Of a stretch of 64,000 nt of DNA, positions 1 to 11,539 are shown one piece after another. How positions within the stretch are numbered: the stretch's first letter is position 1; every line of letters begins with the position of its first letter. A program made the position numbers and the translations under genes. The stretch is from a virus. Location of the stretch: the IMG/VR virus record IMGVR_UViG_3300037493_002420, positions 4,461-68,460 of that record; one strand, written 5' to 3'. The notes beneath the pieces are model-generated. The model saw only the letters and a program-made list of their open reading frames with translations, was not told the origin of the DNA and did not search any database.

Positions 1-2052
1 ATCGCTAAAGTCATTATAAGATCTTAATTTTTCAATAAATACATCAGCTGTATTAGTTTCCATCATAGTCTCCATAGCTCCTACTAGAGAATCTATTTCT
101 TGATCTAGAGCTTCTTTCTTAGTACCGCTTTGTTTAATCTCAGATAATATCTCTTGTGCTCCATAATTAAAAGCTCTTGATTTTAAAAAATCATTTATGT
201 CTACTTTATTTAAAGAATTAACAATACCCTCTGTAATTTTTGCTTTATTTTCTTTATAAGTTTTATATCCTTCCTGATCAAATATTTTATTATAACTAGT
301 AGATAAAAAAGGTATTGCATTATTTAAAGCTCCCGCAGGCATACCCATAACAAATCCAGATGCAAATGTTTCAAGACCTTGTGCACTTACTTCATTACCT
401 AATTCTTCTTTCCAATATTCTCCTTTATTAATAGCTAATACACCTTTAGCATATTCATGAGATCTTCTAGCTTTACTGTTAAAAGTGTCAACATAATATC
501 TTTCATTAACTCTAGCTATTACTTCTTGTAAATTTTCTTGAATACCTTCACTAAAGTTACCTTTCATATAACCAATAGTTTTAGCAGCTGTTTTATAACC
601 AGGATTTTTCCACCAACTAGATGCTAAATTTTTTAAGTTATTCTTTTTAAATTCAAAAGCCTTTTTACCTGAATCATATACTATCTTACCTAAATCTCCA
701 AATTTACCTCCACCTACAGATTGTATATCAGGTAATTTATTTTTCATAAAGTTTCTTAAACCTCCTTTAGGACCTGTAATATTATCAAAAGTTATCTTAT
801 TACTTAAATATATTAAACCTGTATTCCATAGTAATGTATTTGCACTAGCTTCTTTAGCTTGTTGAATCATATACTGTTGGTCTTGATCTGAAGGTGGTTC
901 ACCTTTATCAAGATAATATTCACTATATAATTTATCATATACACTATTTTGTACCATACCTGCTTCAAGTCTTCCTTCAGCTAAAGCCATATTAAGATTT
1001 CTTACATCTCTATAAAAACCACCAGCTGTTTTAGATACTTTAGCTAAACTTGTTAAATTATCAGCTTTTTTTATTCCTTGAATTGCATCATAAGTATTAT
1101 CAAGAGGATTTAGTATATTACCTAATTTACCTTTAGAAGCACTCCAAAAAGTTTTTGCAGAACTAAAATTCTTTAAAGAACTGATAGTTTCATTAACAGC
1201 TTTCATACCGTCAACAGCTTTATCAACACCACCTATTAATCGCTTACCTTTTGCTAAATTATTAGCTGTTGCTGCAAATAAACTTGATCCTCCTGTTGGT
1301 GCTGCTAATGCTAAACCTACTAATTCCTCAGCTACTGCCTCTACTATGATACCAGCTGTATAACCAAAGTTTAATGCTGTATTATTTACAAAACCAAATA
1401 CACCACCTTTACTAGATTGACCAATAGCCGCAGCTTCTTCATAATCTTCAGCTTGACCTGTGTCACTTGAAAAATCCCATTGAGCAAGTTTACCCATACT
1501 TTCTGGAGCAGATCTAAAACCTTGTCCAAATAAAGGCCAAAAAGAATGATTCATCATTCTAGACCAGTCATCTAATTTAGTTGTTCTAGCATTAAAATTA
1601 GCTTCATTATCTCTTAAAGGATGAAATCCTATAGCATCAAATTTTTCTTGACCATAAGCTGCATATCTTTTATAAAAAGCTGCTCCTGCTACACCTGCAT
1701 CATAAGCATATATTTTAGCAAAATCATCTTTACTTTGACTTGCTTCAGCTTGAGCTACAGCTTTATTACCAAATGCTTTTAATACATCTTTTATGTCAGC
1801 TTTTTTCTTTGGAGTATTAGTTAAAGATTGAGCAACAGAATTTCTAACTGATAAATTAGGTCTATCAAGATTACCTGCAGCCGGAGAAATTGGATAAAAT
1901 CTTTCACCTGCAGCAAAATTTATTTCATGTGTATCTATTCTATCTCCTTCAAAAGGTTGAAAACTTTTAGTATCTAAACCTTCATCATTTATTTTTCCAT
2001 AATCATTACCTAATGATTCTAGTGGATCAAATCCAATATTAGTATCTTCCAT
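1..2052 (-). CDS. N-terminal part of a very large virion cargo/ejection protein (runs off the window)
   Basis: ATG at 2052 overlaps the TAA of the upstream ORF. Reads MEDTNIGFDPLESLGNDY and appears open to base 1. Has Gly/Ala-rich hydrophobic segments (AGIIVEAVAEELVGLALAAPTGG; ETFASGFVMGMPAGAL). Position matches crAss-like cargo/vRNAP genes. Confidence 0.6.
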   Translation of the reverse strand, partial: MEDTNIGFDPLESLGNDYGKINDEGLDTKSFQPFEGDRIDTHEINFAAGERFYPISPAAGNLDRPNLSVRNSVAQSLTNTPKKKADIKDVLKAFGNKAVAQAEASQSKDDFAKIYAYDAGVAGAAFYKRYAAYGQEKFDAIGFHPLRDNEANFNARTTKLDDWSRMMNHSFWPLFGQGFRSAPESMGKLAQWDFSSDTGQAEDYEEAAAIGQSSKGGVFGFVNNTALNFGYTAGIIVEAVAEELVGLALAAPTGGSSLFAATANNLAKGKRLIGGVDKAVDGMKAVNETISSLKNFSSAKTFWSASKGKLGNILNPLDNTYDAIQGIKKADNLTSLAKVSKTAGGFYRDVRNLNMALAEGRLEAGMVQNSVYDKLYSEYYLDKGEPPSDQDQQYMIQQAKEASANTLLWNTGLIYLSNKITFDNITGPKGGLRNFMKNKLPDIQSVGGGKFGDLGKIVYDSGKKAFEFKKNNLKNLASSWWKNPGYKTAAKTIGYMKGNFSEGIQENLQEVIARVNERYYVDTFNSKARRSHEYAKGVLAINKGEYWKEELGNEVSAQGLETFASGFVMGMPAGALNNAIPFLSTSYNKIFDQEGYKTYKENKAKITEGIVNSLNKVDINDFLKSRAFNYGAQEILSEIKQSGTKKEALDQEIDSLVGAMETMMETNTADVFIEKLRSYNDFSD

Positions 2053-5000
2053 TAATATGAATTATAATAATTATTTAAGTCTGAAAAATCTTTTTGTGTA
2101 CCACTGATTATATCATCAGCATTACCGTTACTATATCCAATAGTTTTATTAACTATCTTCTCACCTTTATCATCGTAACCTATATGAGTAAAGATAGTTT
2201 TATATTTACTAGAACCATAAAGAGCTTTTTCTATCACTACAGTGCCATTACCGTACATGTCATCATATTGATAACTACCCCTATAATCAATAATTGATTC
2301 TAAAGGACTTAACTGTCCTTTTGTATATAATTGATTAGTCCAATTTGAACCATCTTGAACAATAGATATTCCATTTTGTAACATATTATTATAGTCAGTT
2401 TGTGTAATTATATTATCACCAGCCTTTCCTTCAGCATTATTTTTATCCATATAACTTTTAAGCCAAGCAGCACTTGGATAAACAATCATAGCTCCTTTTT
2501 TTGAATTATTAGCAGCAATACGTTGAGCACCTATACTAAAATTAGGCAAATCACTTTTCATATTTTCACTATCTGTCATTAATGCATTCAAGATAGTTTG
2601 TGATTTACTATTAGTACCTCTAACTATATTATCTCCTGAACCTGAATCAGCTGATTTAGATAAACCTGTTTGATTAGCTCCTGTAAATGAAGTTTGTATT
2701 TTAGATGGATCTCCCCAATCTACTGCATACAAATCTCTTTTAGCTTGTCTCCAATAATCAGCACCTGCTGTACCAACAGCTTTATGATTTACACCAATTA
2801 CATTAACACCTGATGTATATAAACCTGAACCTGCATTACGAGAGACATCAATAGTGCTTAAACTAACCGGTGTTTTAATTCTAGATGATGTCCATGCTTT
2901 ATTAGCAGCATTAGATAACATATCATATTCTTCATCAAAAGTTTTTCTACCTGTACCTGCTACATTTTTTCCAAAAGTACCATGTATTTCTGCTTTACCT
3001 AAAGAGTTAATAATATCTTTTTTACTTGAAGCATTATATTCTTTAAACTTATATTTATTACCTTCTGTTTTCCATAAACCTGTATCAGCACTTACAAGAG
3101 TTCTTACATATGTTTTATTAGGTGATAAATGATATTGTTCTTGCATTTCTTTTGGATAACTAGATCCTTTTTGAAAATCCCAAGAAGGTGCATCTGGATT
3201 TGAAAGAACTCTTAATTTTTCAGCACCTACTTTCTCTACCATAGAATCATAATTTTCATTAGTAACTCTCATTTGTTTACCATTTAAAGTAATATCTGTA
3301 GGTCGTTTAAGAATACTTTCATCAGCACCTTGTTTTTTTCTTAATTCACGGTACTCTACTTTTGATAATTTAGAACCATCTTCTTTATATAAATTTTTTG
3401 CTAAATATTTATATTCTGTTGGTAATATTGTAGATAATTCTTGTTCAACTACACGGACAGCTTCTTTTTCCCAATGTTTTACTGATTCTTGATATTTTCC
3501 AAATTCATTTAATTTTTCTCCATAACCTTCCCAAGATTCCATATCTTTATTAACAGTTTCTATTCTAGCATTACTACTCATATGTTTATTAAATCTTGCA
3601 GTAATAGCTGCTAAACTTTTACCACCTACTTGATTATTTAAAAAGTAATTAGGGCTGTTTCTTAAATGTCCTTGAAATTCTTTTCTGGTCATACCTTTAA
3701 GATTTTTATTTGCACCAGATCCATATATATGATTAGCTTCAGCTTCAGTCATCCACCCTTCAGATACATATTTATCTACAAGCTCATTCATTTTGTTAAT
3801 AGCTTCTACAGCATATTCATTTGTTTTAGCTTTAACAATTTGTTGATTTAAAACTTTTACTTGTGCTTTACCTGTTACATCACCTGAATGATCAGCTCTT
3901 ACGTGAACCCCTTGTAGTTCATCAAGTAAAATAGGTCTACCATATGTAGGACTATTTGGATCTTCATCTCTATGATAAGCTCCTGTAGCCATTTTTTCAG
4001 CATCAATAGCTTTTTCTCTTTCACCTATATTACGAATTTTAGCAGCATTTTCTATACCTCTATTTCTTAAAGAAGCAACTTGCATATCATATTGATGTTT
4101 TTGATCAAGTACAGCATAAGGATTAGCTTCTATATCTTCTTTAGCGTTTCTATAAGCAAATACGTGAGCAGCTTGATCTAAATCTTTTTCCATTAGAGAT
4201 GATGCAATAGCATTATCTATTTTATATCTCATAGATTTAAGATCACCGTAAGGATTAGAATTTCCAGTAGTTGTTGTAGCAGTACTTGATTTACCATCAT
4301 TCATGATATCAATATCCTTTTGTACTCTATTTAATACAGATTCATTAATACCTTTATTTTCTTTTAAACTATTTAATGTTTGTACTAATCTTGGATCTTT
4401 ATTCCCATTAGCTATTTGACTTTCAATATCTTTAATTTTATTAGTATATACTTTAGATGATTCTTGTAATTGAGTATGTCTAGCTACTTGTTCAGTTTTT
4501 AATCTATTAAAATGAGTTTCTAAATAATTTTTTTCAGCAGCATTTTTATCTCCATTAAATTGCGCAGCATTACTGTAAGAAAAGTTTTTTCTATTTACAT
4601 AAGCTTGAGTCTTATACATTTCCATAATAGCTGGATCTGATCCCAAACTCATTTCAAATAATTTACTTAAAGGTTCTTCTAATTGTTGACCATTTTTAGT
4701 TTTAACAATCCATTTACCATCAGAACTAAAATCTACAGACTCAATTGATAAATCTGAATCTTTAGCAAGTTTTAAAGCTTTTTCTTGTACATTAACATAA
4801 TTAGTATAAGAAGGACTTGATATACCTAACGTATCTTGTATAGCAGATTCTTTAAATTCTTCTCTTTGATAATCCAACGCTAAAACACCATCTTCCCAAT
4901 ATTGACCACGTATTTTATCATCTAAAGAATTTTTTAATCCTTGAGCTCTTCCTTTTTGATTATTAAAATTTTTAGTCCAAGCCATATCTTTCATAAGATA

Positions 5001-5309
5001 TTGATCTTCATAAAAAGGTTTAAACACTTGAGTAGCTTGAGTTAAATTTTGTTCTAATGATAAATCTAATCCAGAAACTTTTTTAAGAGTAACATCAATA
5101 TTTTTTAATAACTCTTCTTTTCTTTGAATATTTTCACCATGAGTTAAATCAGCATAAAAGTATTGACCATAAACTTGATTTAATTGTTTATAGTTACTAT
5201 CATATTGTGTTTGTTTTGTTTGCAGTACATTATTATAAAAGTTTAAATCCGGTTGAAACGGTTGAAACTGAGGGACATAGTCCGTAATATTTTGAATATA
5301 GGTCGCCAT
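2052..5309 (-). CDS. Large virion cargo (ejection) protein, 1085 aa
   Basis: Long helical/coiled-coil ORF with an N-terminal PFQPDLNFYNNVLQTKQ start; lies downstream of the tail genes as crAss-like cargo genes do. Confidence 0.55.
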   Translation of the reverse strand: MATYIQNITDYVPQFQPFQPDLNFYNNVLQTKQTQYDSNYKQLNQVYGQYFYADLTHGENIQRKEELLKNIDVTLKKVSGLDLSLEQNLTQATQVFKPFYEDQYLMKDMAWTKNFNNQKGRAQGLKNSLDDKIRGQYWEDGVLALDYQREEFKESAIQDTLGISSPSYTNYVNVQEKALKLAKDSDLSIESVDFSSDGKWIVKTKNGQQLEEPLSKLFEMSLGSDPAIMEMYKTQAYVNRKNFSYSNAAQFNGDKNAAEKNYLETHFNRLKTEQVARHTQLQESSKVYTNKIKDIESQIANGNKDPRLVQTLNSLKENKGINESVLNRVQKDIDIMNDGKSSTATTTTGNSNPYGDLKSMRYKIDNAIASSLMEKDLDQAAHVFAYRNAKEDIEANPYAVLDQKHQYDMQVASLRNRGIENAAKIRNIGEREKAIDAEKMATGAYHRDEDPNSPTYGRPILLDELQGVHVRADHSGDVTGKAQVKVLNQQIVKAKTNEYAVEAINKMNELVDKYVSEGWMTEAEANHIYGSGANKNLKGMTRKEFQGHLRNSPNYFLNNQVGGKSLAAITARFNKHMSSNARIETVNKDMESWEGYGEKLNEFGKYQESVKHWEKEAVRVVEQELSTILPTEYKYLAKNLYKEDGSKLSKVEYRELRKKQGADESILKRPTDITLNGKQMRVTNENYDSMVEKVGAEKLRVLSNPDAPSWDFQKGSSYPKEMQEQYHLSPNKTYVRTLVSADTGLWKTEGNKYKFKEYNASSKKDIINSLGKAEIHGTFGKNVAGTGRKTFDEEYDMLSNAANKAWTSSRIKTPVSLSTIDVSRNAGSGLYTSGVNVIGVNHKAVGTAGADYWRQAKRDLYAVDWGDPSKIQTSFTGANQTGLSKSADSGSGDNIVRGTNSKSQTILNALMTDSENMKSDLPNFSIGAQRIAANNSKKGAMIVYPSAAWLKSYMDKNNAEGKAGDNIITQTDYNNMLQNGISIVQDGSNWTNQLYTKGQLSPLESIIDYRGSYQYDDMYGNGTVVIEKALYGSSKYKTIFTHIGYDDKGEKIVNKTIGYSNGNADDIISGTQKDFSDLNNYYNSY

Positions 5310-5311
5310 AG

Positions 5312-5809
5312 TTATTTAAAATTTAAATTAGCATAAACACCAAATTGTGTTTTAGCTGTTATATCATAAGCTTGAGCAGCTTCAATTTCTGTATTGTATC
5401 TTTTAAACAATATCCTTACTCCATTATTCATAAGACTAGCTGTCCATTTATTTCTGTTTTTATCATAAGACACACCTAAATATTGAGAAGAACTGTTTTT
5501 GTGTGAACTAGTGTGTTTATTATTTTCACTTTTAGTACATAATCTTAAATTTTCTTTTTGATTATTTAAACCATTTTTATCTAAATGATCAATTACAAGA
5601 GTATTATCAAGTTCATTACATCTCATAACAATCCTATGTAAATAAATTTCATATTTTTCATTACTTCTTAATACACCTTTTTTTCTACTTCTTCTAGCAT
5701 ACCATGTATTTTTAATTTCTACAGCAAACCAATTCCATTGACTTAACCAATAATAGTCATCGTCATCTACTAGAGCAAATTTATTTTTTGTAAGGGGTAA
5801 TAATTTCAT
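5312..5809 (-). CDS. HNH homing endonuclease with C-terminal AP2 domain
   Basis: YLHR..IDHLDKNGLNNQKENLR (HNH) followed by SSQYLGVSYDKNRNKW..EAAQAYD..FG.YA.LNF (AP2). Confidence 0.9.
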   Translation of the reverse strand: MKLLPLTKNKFALVDDDDYYWLSQWNWFAVEIKNTWYARRSRKKGVLRSNEKYEIYLHRIVMRCNELDNTLVIDHLDKNGLNNQKENLRLCTKSENNKHTSSHKNSSSQYLGVSYDKNRNKWTASLMNNGVRILFKRYNTEIEAAQAYDITAKTQFGVYANLNFK

Positions 5810-5874
5810 ATAATTAATGTTTATCTATATTGTAAATATATTAAAATCTTATAAGTTTATTAAACATATAAAGT

Positions 5875-8154
5875 TTAATAGAACATAAAAGGATATGCAT
5901 TTGCTCCTGTAGCATAACCAGAATTATGTGCACCACCATGTTTTGATTCAGCATTTTGCATAATCCTATCCATATTAAGAGTAGACTGAGATCCTGAACC
6001 CATTGCTGCTTTAGCTGCGGCTGTTGCTTCTGCTGGACTAAATCCTTGTCGCATATAACTTTGTAATAAACTATCAAAAGTTGCTCCTGGAGCTTCTGGT
6101 ATAGCTTCTTTACCGCCTTGAAACCATAAATTACCGGTTCTAGCATCTATATCGTATTGAGGATACATTGCATTAGTTAAAGCTAAGTTAGATGCATTCT
6201 TCCAACCAGTACCAAATGCTTGTCTAATATTTTGATCAGCACCAATTTTAGAATTTAAAAATTGTTGTTCTGCCATTGTATTTTGATCATATAACTTTTG
6301 TGCAGCTTGTTGATTAACTCCTTGAGCTTGATTTCTAATATTAGCTGCATTTTGAGCAAATTGATTTGCAATATTAACATTCTGATTATTATACTGAGAT
6401 AATGTATTAGCTGCTTGTTCAGCACCAGTACCTTGAATACCAGACATATTAGATGCAAAAGCTTGAGGTCCTGCAAACTGTCCTAATTGTTGTGCCATTA
6501 AATTAGCATACTCACTTTGTTGAGCTAAATCTCTTGTAGGATCTAAATATGTTGGATCTGGAACTTCTGGTTCAAATCTTGGAGCCCAGGGCATAAACTT
6601 TTTAATTCTTGACTTATCTTTAAGTGCACCATAATAATTTAATTTATCAGGAGTCATCCAATCAGCTTGATGTAATTCAGGAGCTTCTTCAAAATCAGGA
6701 GTATATTCCTCACCTCTTTTAATAGCTTCTGCTTCTTTTTCTTCAGGTGTTAATTTAATATCATCTTCAGCAGTTGCTTCATCTAAAATATATTTATTAT
6801 ACATTTCAGGATTTGTTTCATCATGCCAATACTTATTACCATTCTGATCAATTGCTCCTTCTTTTTTCATTTGGGCATCATAATCAGCTTTATTCAATTT
6901 TATAGTTTGTGTATCTAAAGCACGGTACCACCATTGATCATCTTTATATCCTGCACTAATATCCGCAGCTGAAACTTTACCTGTTTTTAAAGCATTTACA
7001 ATATCTTGATTTGTTTTTACTATAATACCTTTTTTCTTTAAAGCAGCTTTTACTTCATTACTAGGTTGGTGACTTACATTTTGTATATAGTGTGCTACTA
7101 ATTCTGGATTAGATTCAAGAATTTTTTGTTGCATTTCTCCCGCAGCCTTCTTAATATCTTCTTTACTAACAGGTTTACCTTTTCCACCAATAGGAGGTAA
7201 GCCATATTTATCTCTATAGAAGTTTAATCTAACTACTGATTCTTTACTAGTATAAGCTTCATCCATAGTCCATTTAGGATTATCACCTGTTTGTGCTCCG
7301 GTTTGTGCTATAGGTAAATGCTGATCAGGTGTATTATTATTATATGCACCACCATCTTGAAACTCAAATCCCCCATACATACCCATTGGCATAGCAACAG
7401 GTTCACCATTAGGCATTTGTTGTGGAGCTTCCATCATCTCTTCTTGAGGATTTTGCTCTTCTTCTTGTTCAGCACCTTCTTCTTCAGGAGATTGTTGTTG
7501 CTGTTGTTGTTGTTGAGCTAACTCTGGAATTAAATCTTCATCTTTAATACCATTAGCATCCATATATGGTCTAGCTACTTCAGGAATACCTTGAGGGAAA
7601 CCTTTTTTAGATTCTTGTGCAACAGCAAGGGCCCCTAATTTCATAGTATAATTACGGATCATAATCTCTGCAGTCTTTCTTTCTAAAGTACTTGAGTTAG
7701 GATCTTGTAATAATTTTCTATATTTACTTAAATCATATTGTTTAGCTAATGTAGCTGGTGTATATGATTTAGTATCTTTTACACTTTTACCAAATTGAGC
7801 TAATATTTTTGGATCTTTAAGCATCATTGATTTAGTATCACTAAAGATAAAGGTATCATCAGGAAGATTTAATGGTACACCACCTGAAGAATGTCTAGGT
7901 CCTTTAATAGTAAGATGTTCTGCCATTCCATCACCATTAATATCACCATAAACAGTTTCCCCTCCTTCAGCCTCTAAATTAGCCTCATCTCTAGGTACTG
8001 CAGAAATAGTATTAGTTACTCTAACATCTTCAGGACCATTACTTAGATCGGCTCCTCCCCAACTAAGAGATTGATTATCTGTAATTCTATTACCATTAAT
8101 TTTACCTCCTGTAGCTTTACCAGGTAGTTTGGTTATTTTTACTCTATGATACAT
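5875..8154 (-). CDS. Virion cargo protein, 759 aa
   Basis: EAEGGETV..GPRHSSGGVP..FIFSD block, poly-Q/acidic linker, Q/N/A-rich C-terminus; cargo-gene context. Confidence 0.5.
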   Translation of the reverse strand: MYHRVKITKLPGKATGGKINGNRITDNQSLSWGGADLSNGPEDVRVTNTISAVPRDEANLEAEGGETVYGDINGDGMAEHLTIKGPRHSSGGVPLNLPDDTFIFSDTKSMMLKDPKILAQFGKSVKDTKSYTPATLAKQYDLSKYRKLLQDPNSSTLERKTAEIMIRNYTMKLGALAVAQESKKGFPQGIPEVARPYMDANGIKDEDLIPELAQQQQQQQQSPEEEGAEQEEEQNPQEEMMEAPQQMPNGEPVAMPMGMYGGFEFQDGGAYNNNTPDQHLPIAQTGAQTGDNPKWTMDEAYTSKESVVRLNFYRDKYGLPPIGGKGKPVSKEDIKKAAGEMQQKILESNPELVAHYIQNVSHQPSNEVKAALKKKGIIVKTNQDIVNALKTGKVSAADISAGYKDDQWWYRALDTQTIKLNKADYDAQMKKEGAIDQNGNKYWHDETNPEMYNKYILDEATAEDDIKLTPEEKEAEAIKRGEEYTPDFEEAPELHQADWMTPDKLNYYGALKDKSRIKKFMPWAPRFEPEVPDPTYLDPTRDLAQQSEYANLMAQQLGQFAGPQAFASNMSGIQGTGAEQAANTLSQYNNQNVNIANQFAQNAANIRNQAQGVNQQAAQKLYDQNTMAEQQFLNSKIGADQNIRQAFGTGWKNASNLALTNAMYPQYDIDARTGNLWFQGGKEAIPEAPGATFDSLLQSYMRQGFSPAEATAAAKAAMGSGSQSTLNMDRIMQNAESKHGGAHNSGYATGANAYPFMFY

Positions 8155-8164
8155 AATACTTTTA

Positions 8165-11100
8165 TTAAATAAATTCTAATTCTCCACCTTCTGCTAAAAA
8201 TTGACGGATCTGTTCTTCAGACATCCACGTTTCTTCATTTTGTGGACTACCACCTTCTCTACCTATTCTAAGACCATTGTCCCCTTCTTGATCTAATCTA
8301 AATCTACCTTCTTGATCCCAGTCACCTTTATCAGTTCCGTAAGTAGTAGCATATAACTGATCTGCATTATATCTATTACCTTGATTTCTATTTTGTTTAG
8401 TTGAGTTCCATGTATCAATTGCATTAGCTGCCCAATTACCAGCTGTGTTAAATGCATCAAGAGCTCCTTTAGCATCTATATTCCACTCTTGTTTATTTTT
8501 AAACTTTTGAGATACTTGTTGTGAAGCTCCTGCTTGTTTTTCTTCATCAGATAGTAAACCTTCATTTCTATAACCAGTACCGGATGCGTCAAAACCCATA
8601 GATTTGTCTGTAGTTAATCCATTACCTTCTTGAGTAAAGTCATTACCCATTAACTTATCTGCGTTACCTTGAAGATTAGTTTTAGGTGAATAAATTTCAC
8701 CAGCTAAATTTTTATAAACTCCTGTTTTAGGGTCTTTAAAATATCCAAACGGTACATCTGTTTGTGGATTTCCAAACTGAGCTTGAGGAAGAGTAACTCC
8801 ACCATATGCTCTATTTTGTAATCTTAATCTTTCTAAATCCCAAGCTTGTCTATCAGCTTGATTTTCATCAGCTTGATCAATTCTATACTGTGAAGCTGAA
8901 ACTGGTGATTTTCTTAAGTTATCAATTACTCCCGGAGCATAATCATTTGTGGGCATTCCATTTTCATCAAAAATATTATCTTCTCCTGATTGATTATTAT
9001 TTGTCCAAGTGTCTTTACCATGTTCACCAAACCATTTTGAAACTCTCTCTGTTCTTCTATCATTTCTATCATCTCTCCAAGATTGTTCAGGTGCTTGATT
9101 TACATTATTATTAGTATTATCATTATTCATCCAATGTGTTTGTCCATCAGATCCAATATAACTTTTTGGTGTACCTGATGCATGAATACCTGGTTGTCCT
9201 GGTATATTATAGTTTACTGTAAACTTTTTTGGAGTACCATTTAATCTACTTTTGTTTACATTAATACTACTTACTTGTGCATTAGGTCCAATCATTCCAC
9301 TAATAGGATTAATTGTACCATAAGGTCTACCTATTGCTTTGTTCCAATTAGCTCCACGTGATATACTACTAGGAGGCATAAAAGCAAATGGATTAAATTG
9401 CATACCTAGACTTTGTAGATACTGTTGTGCATAATCAAAATTTTGTGGATTTGTATTTTGGTTTGTATTAGTAGTTGATGTATTTGTAGTAGGAGATCTA
9501 TGATTTAATCCAGCTCGTTCAGCTTCAGCTAATGTACCTTTTCTAACTACATTACCAGATGCATCTAAAATATCAACTACAGTATTATCTGTTTGACCAG
9601 CTGTTTGAAAATATCCACCTTTTTGAAAATAAGGACTAGATATATTTTTAGAATCAGAATAATCTAAATCATATTGAGTCATATCTTCTCCACCACCTAT
9701 AAATCTATATAAACCACTTTCTTCATCTGTAAAACCACCTTGTTGAAAAGGTAAACTATATTGAAAACCTCTTTGAGGATTGAGTAACCCTTGTCCAGGA
9801 TTCAACATACCTTGTCCCGGATTCAACATACTTTTTCCAGAATTTAACAAACCTTTTCCAGAATTTAATAAACCTTGACCTTTAGGTAAAAATCCTTTTG
9901 CAAAAGGTTTAAAAGCAAAATCACCTAATTGACTTAAAGTACTTTTAGCTAATTTAGCTTTACCATACATACCTAATGTAATTAAATCAAGTACTGCTTG
10001 ATCATCTTCCCCAGCACTCATAGGTCTATAGTTACCAGTTCTTGGATCAATAGCTGGATTATAACCTAAAGGATATTTTTTATTATTAGCACGTATTAAA
10101 TCTATTATTTTTTGTTCTTCAGTAGTAGGTTTTTTTACTTTAATTGGAGGTTTAGTTTTTGTACCATCTGTAGTTTTATTTTTTTCATCTGATTTTTTAA
10201 CATCAGGAACTTTATCTTTTTGAACAACAGGTGTTGTACCAGTTTTAATAACAGGTTTATCACCAGCAATTTCAATTTCATCAACTGTAGGTAAAGCTGT
10301 TTTAGTTACAGTTTCTTCAGCTACAACAGGTGCTGCCTCATCTACAACTACTTCTTTTTCAGCAACGTCATCTTTTATTATTTCTTGTGTAGCAGGTTCT
10401 GATTTAGTATTATTATATACAGGTTGATTAAAGTTAATAGTATATTCTTTTGGTCTACCAAAGATACCTGTTCTACGTACATCAATATTAGCTAAACCTA
10501 AGTTACCTTGGTTAGGCATAAATTGAGCAAGAGGATTATTACCCTGCATAAAAGGATTAGCCATCATAGGATTAAACCCTCTAGGTATCATTCTATTAAG
10601 TTTTCTTGCTGCACGTCTTTCTTTACCATGACCCCATCCACCAAACTGTGCTTGAGTTAATTGATTAAAAGGCATTGAATGTTCAAAAGCTCCACTATAA
10701 TGTTCTAAATTATGATATGGGTCAAAATTTAATACACCAGATTCAGTGTCTCCACCATCTTGTGCATAATCTTGCATCATTGGAGGTTGTTGTAAATGTT
10801 GCATATATTGATTATACTGTTCTTCAGCTTGTTGCTTAAGAGCAGCAGTGTTAGCTTCATTTTTTATAGAACCCAAAAAGTTATTAACTCTTTCTTCTCT
10901 ACCTCTTAATGGAATATCTGTAGAATCAATAGGTTTTTTATTTGAATCACCGCCTTCTTGTTTTTTAGCAAGTTTCATGAAAGTATCCATATACTTTCTT
11001 TTACTTATAGGCCCACCTTTACGCATTACAATATCTGCTTCAGCTTGATCATACACATCTTCACCAGAAGTATCATCTGCATATATTTGACTCATCAAAC

Positions 11101-11479
11101 TATCTTGTCTTTGTTGAGCTGCAGTATTTTCTAATTCTTCTTGTTCTAAAGCTGCTGTATTATCTTGAGGCATTTCTTCAGACATAGGTGCTTCTTCACT
11201 ACCTTTTTGTTCTTGAATATAATTTAAAGCAATAGCCGATAACTCACTAACTTTATTAGAAGGTATATTAGACTGTAATAATTGTTGTTGTGCCTGCTCT
11301 ATACTACCATTTGGTTGTGATAAAGTTTGCATAATAAACATAATCATTTGCTCATCAGTTGGAGCTGGAGCTTGTTGTTCTTGAGGTATACCACCTTCTT
11401 GAAAATACTGCTGAGTCTTATTTATATAAGATCCTTGTTCTCCACCAGCTTTGTATATTCTTACACGTCTTTTTTCCAT
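8165..11479 (-). CDS. Low-complexity virion cargo protein, 1104 aa, with many xxGG motifs
   Basis: Mostly polar, disordered-looking sequence punctuated by FQEGG/AQDGG/AQFGG/FQQGG/FQKGG motifs. Confidence 0.5.
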   Translation of the reverse strand: MEKRRVRIYKAGGEQGSYINKTQQYFQEGGIPQEQQAPAPTDEQMIMFIMQTLSQPNGSIEQAQQQLLQSNIPSNKVSELSAIALNYIQEQKGSEEAPMSEEMPQDNTAALEQEELENTAAQQRQDSLMSQIYADDTSGEDVYDQAEADIVMRKGGPISKRKYMDTFMKLAKKQEGGDSNKKPIDSTDIPLRGREERVNNFLGSIKNEANTAALKQQAEEQYNQYMQHLQQPPMMQDYAQDGGDTESGVLNFDPYHNLEHYSGAFEHSMPFNQLTQAQFGGWGHGKERRAARKLNRMIPRGFNPMMANPFMQGNNPLAQFMPNQGNLGLANIDVRRTGIFGRPKEYTINFNQPVYNNTKSEPATQEIIKDDVAEKEVVVDEAAPVVAEETVTKTALPTVDEIEIAGDKPVIKTGTTPVVQKDKVPDVKKSDEKNKTTDGTKTKPPIKVKKPTTEEQKIIDLIRANNKKYPLGYNPAIDPRTGNYRPMSAGEDDQAVLDLITLGMYGKAKLAKSTLSQLGDFAFKPFAKGFLPKGQGLLNSGKGLLNSGKSMLNPGQGMLNPGQGLLNPQRGFQYSLPFQQGGFTDEESGLYRFIGGGEDMTQYDLDYSDSKNISSPYFQKGGYFQTAGQTDNTVVDILDASGNVVRKGTLAEAERAGLNHRSPTTNTSTTNTNQNTNPQNFDYAQQYLQSLGMQFNPFAFMPPSSISRGANWNKAIGRPYGTINPISGMIGPNAQVSSINVNKSRLNGTPKKFTVNYNIPGQPGIHASGTPKSYIGSDGQTHWMNNDNTNNNVNQAPEQSWRDDRNDRRTERVSKWFGEHGKDTWTNNNQSGEDNIFDENGMPTNDYAPGVIDNLRKSPVSASQYRIDQADENQADRQAWDLERLRLQNRAYGGVTLPQAQFGNPQTDVPFGYFKDPKTGVYKNLAGEIYSPKTNLQGNADKLMGNDFTQEGNGLTTDKSMGFDASGTGYRNEGLLSDEEKQAGASQQVSQKFKNKQEWNIDAKGALDAFNTAGNWAANAIDTWNSTKQNRNQGNRYNADQLYATTYGTDKGDWDQEGRFRLDQEGDNGLRIGREGGSPQNEETWMSEEQIRQFLAEGGELEFI
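9777..9886 (-). repeat. 21-bp coding tandem repeat (about 5 units, N[PS]G[QK][GS][LM]L)
   Basis: PKGQGLL NSGKGLL NSGKSML NPGQGML NPGQGLL in the 1104-aa protein. Confidence 0.85.
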
Positions 11480-11539
11480 TGGTATTGTATATATAGTATA
11501 ATATAATAATTTTAAACTTAACCTATAAACTTTTAATGT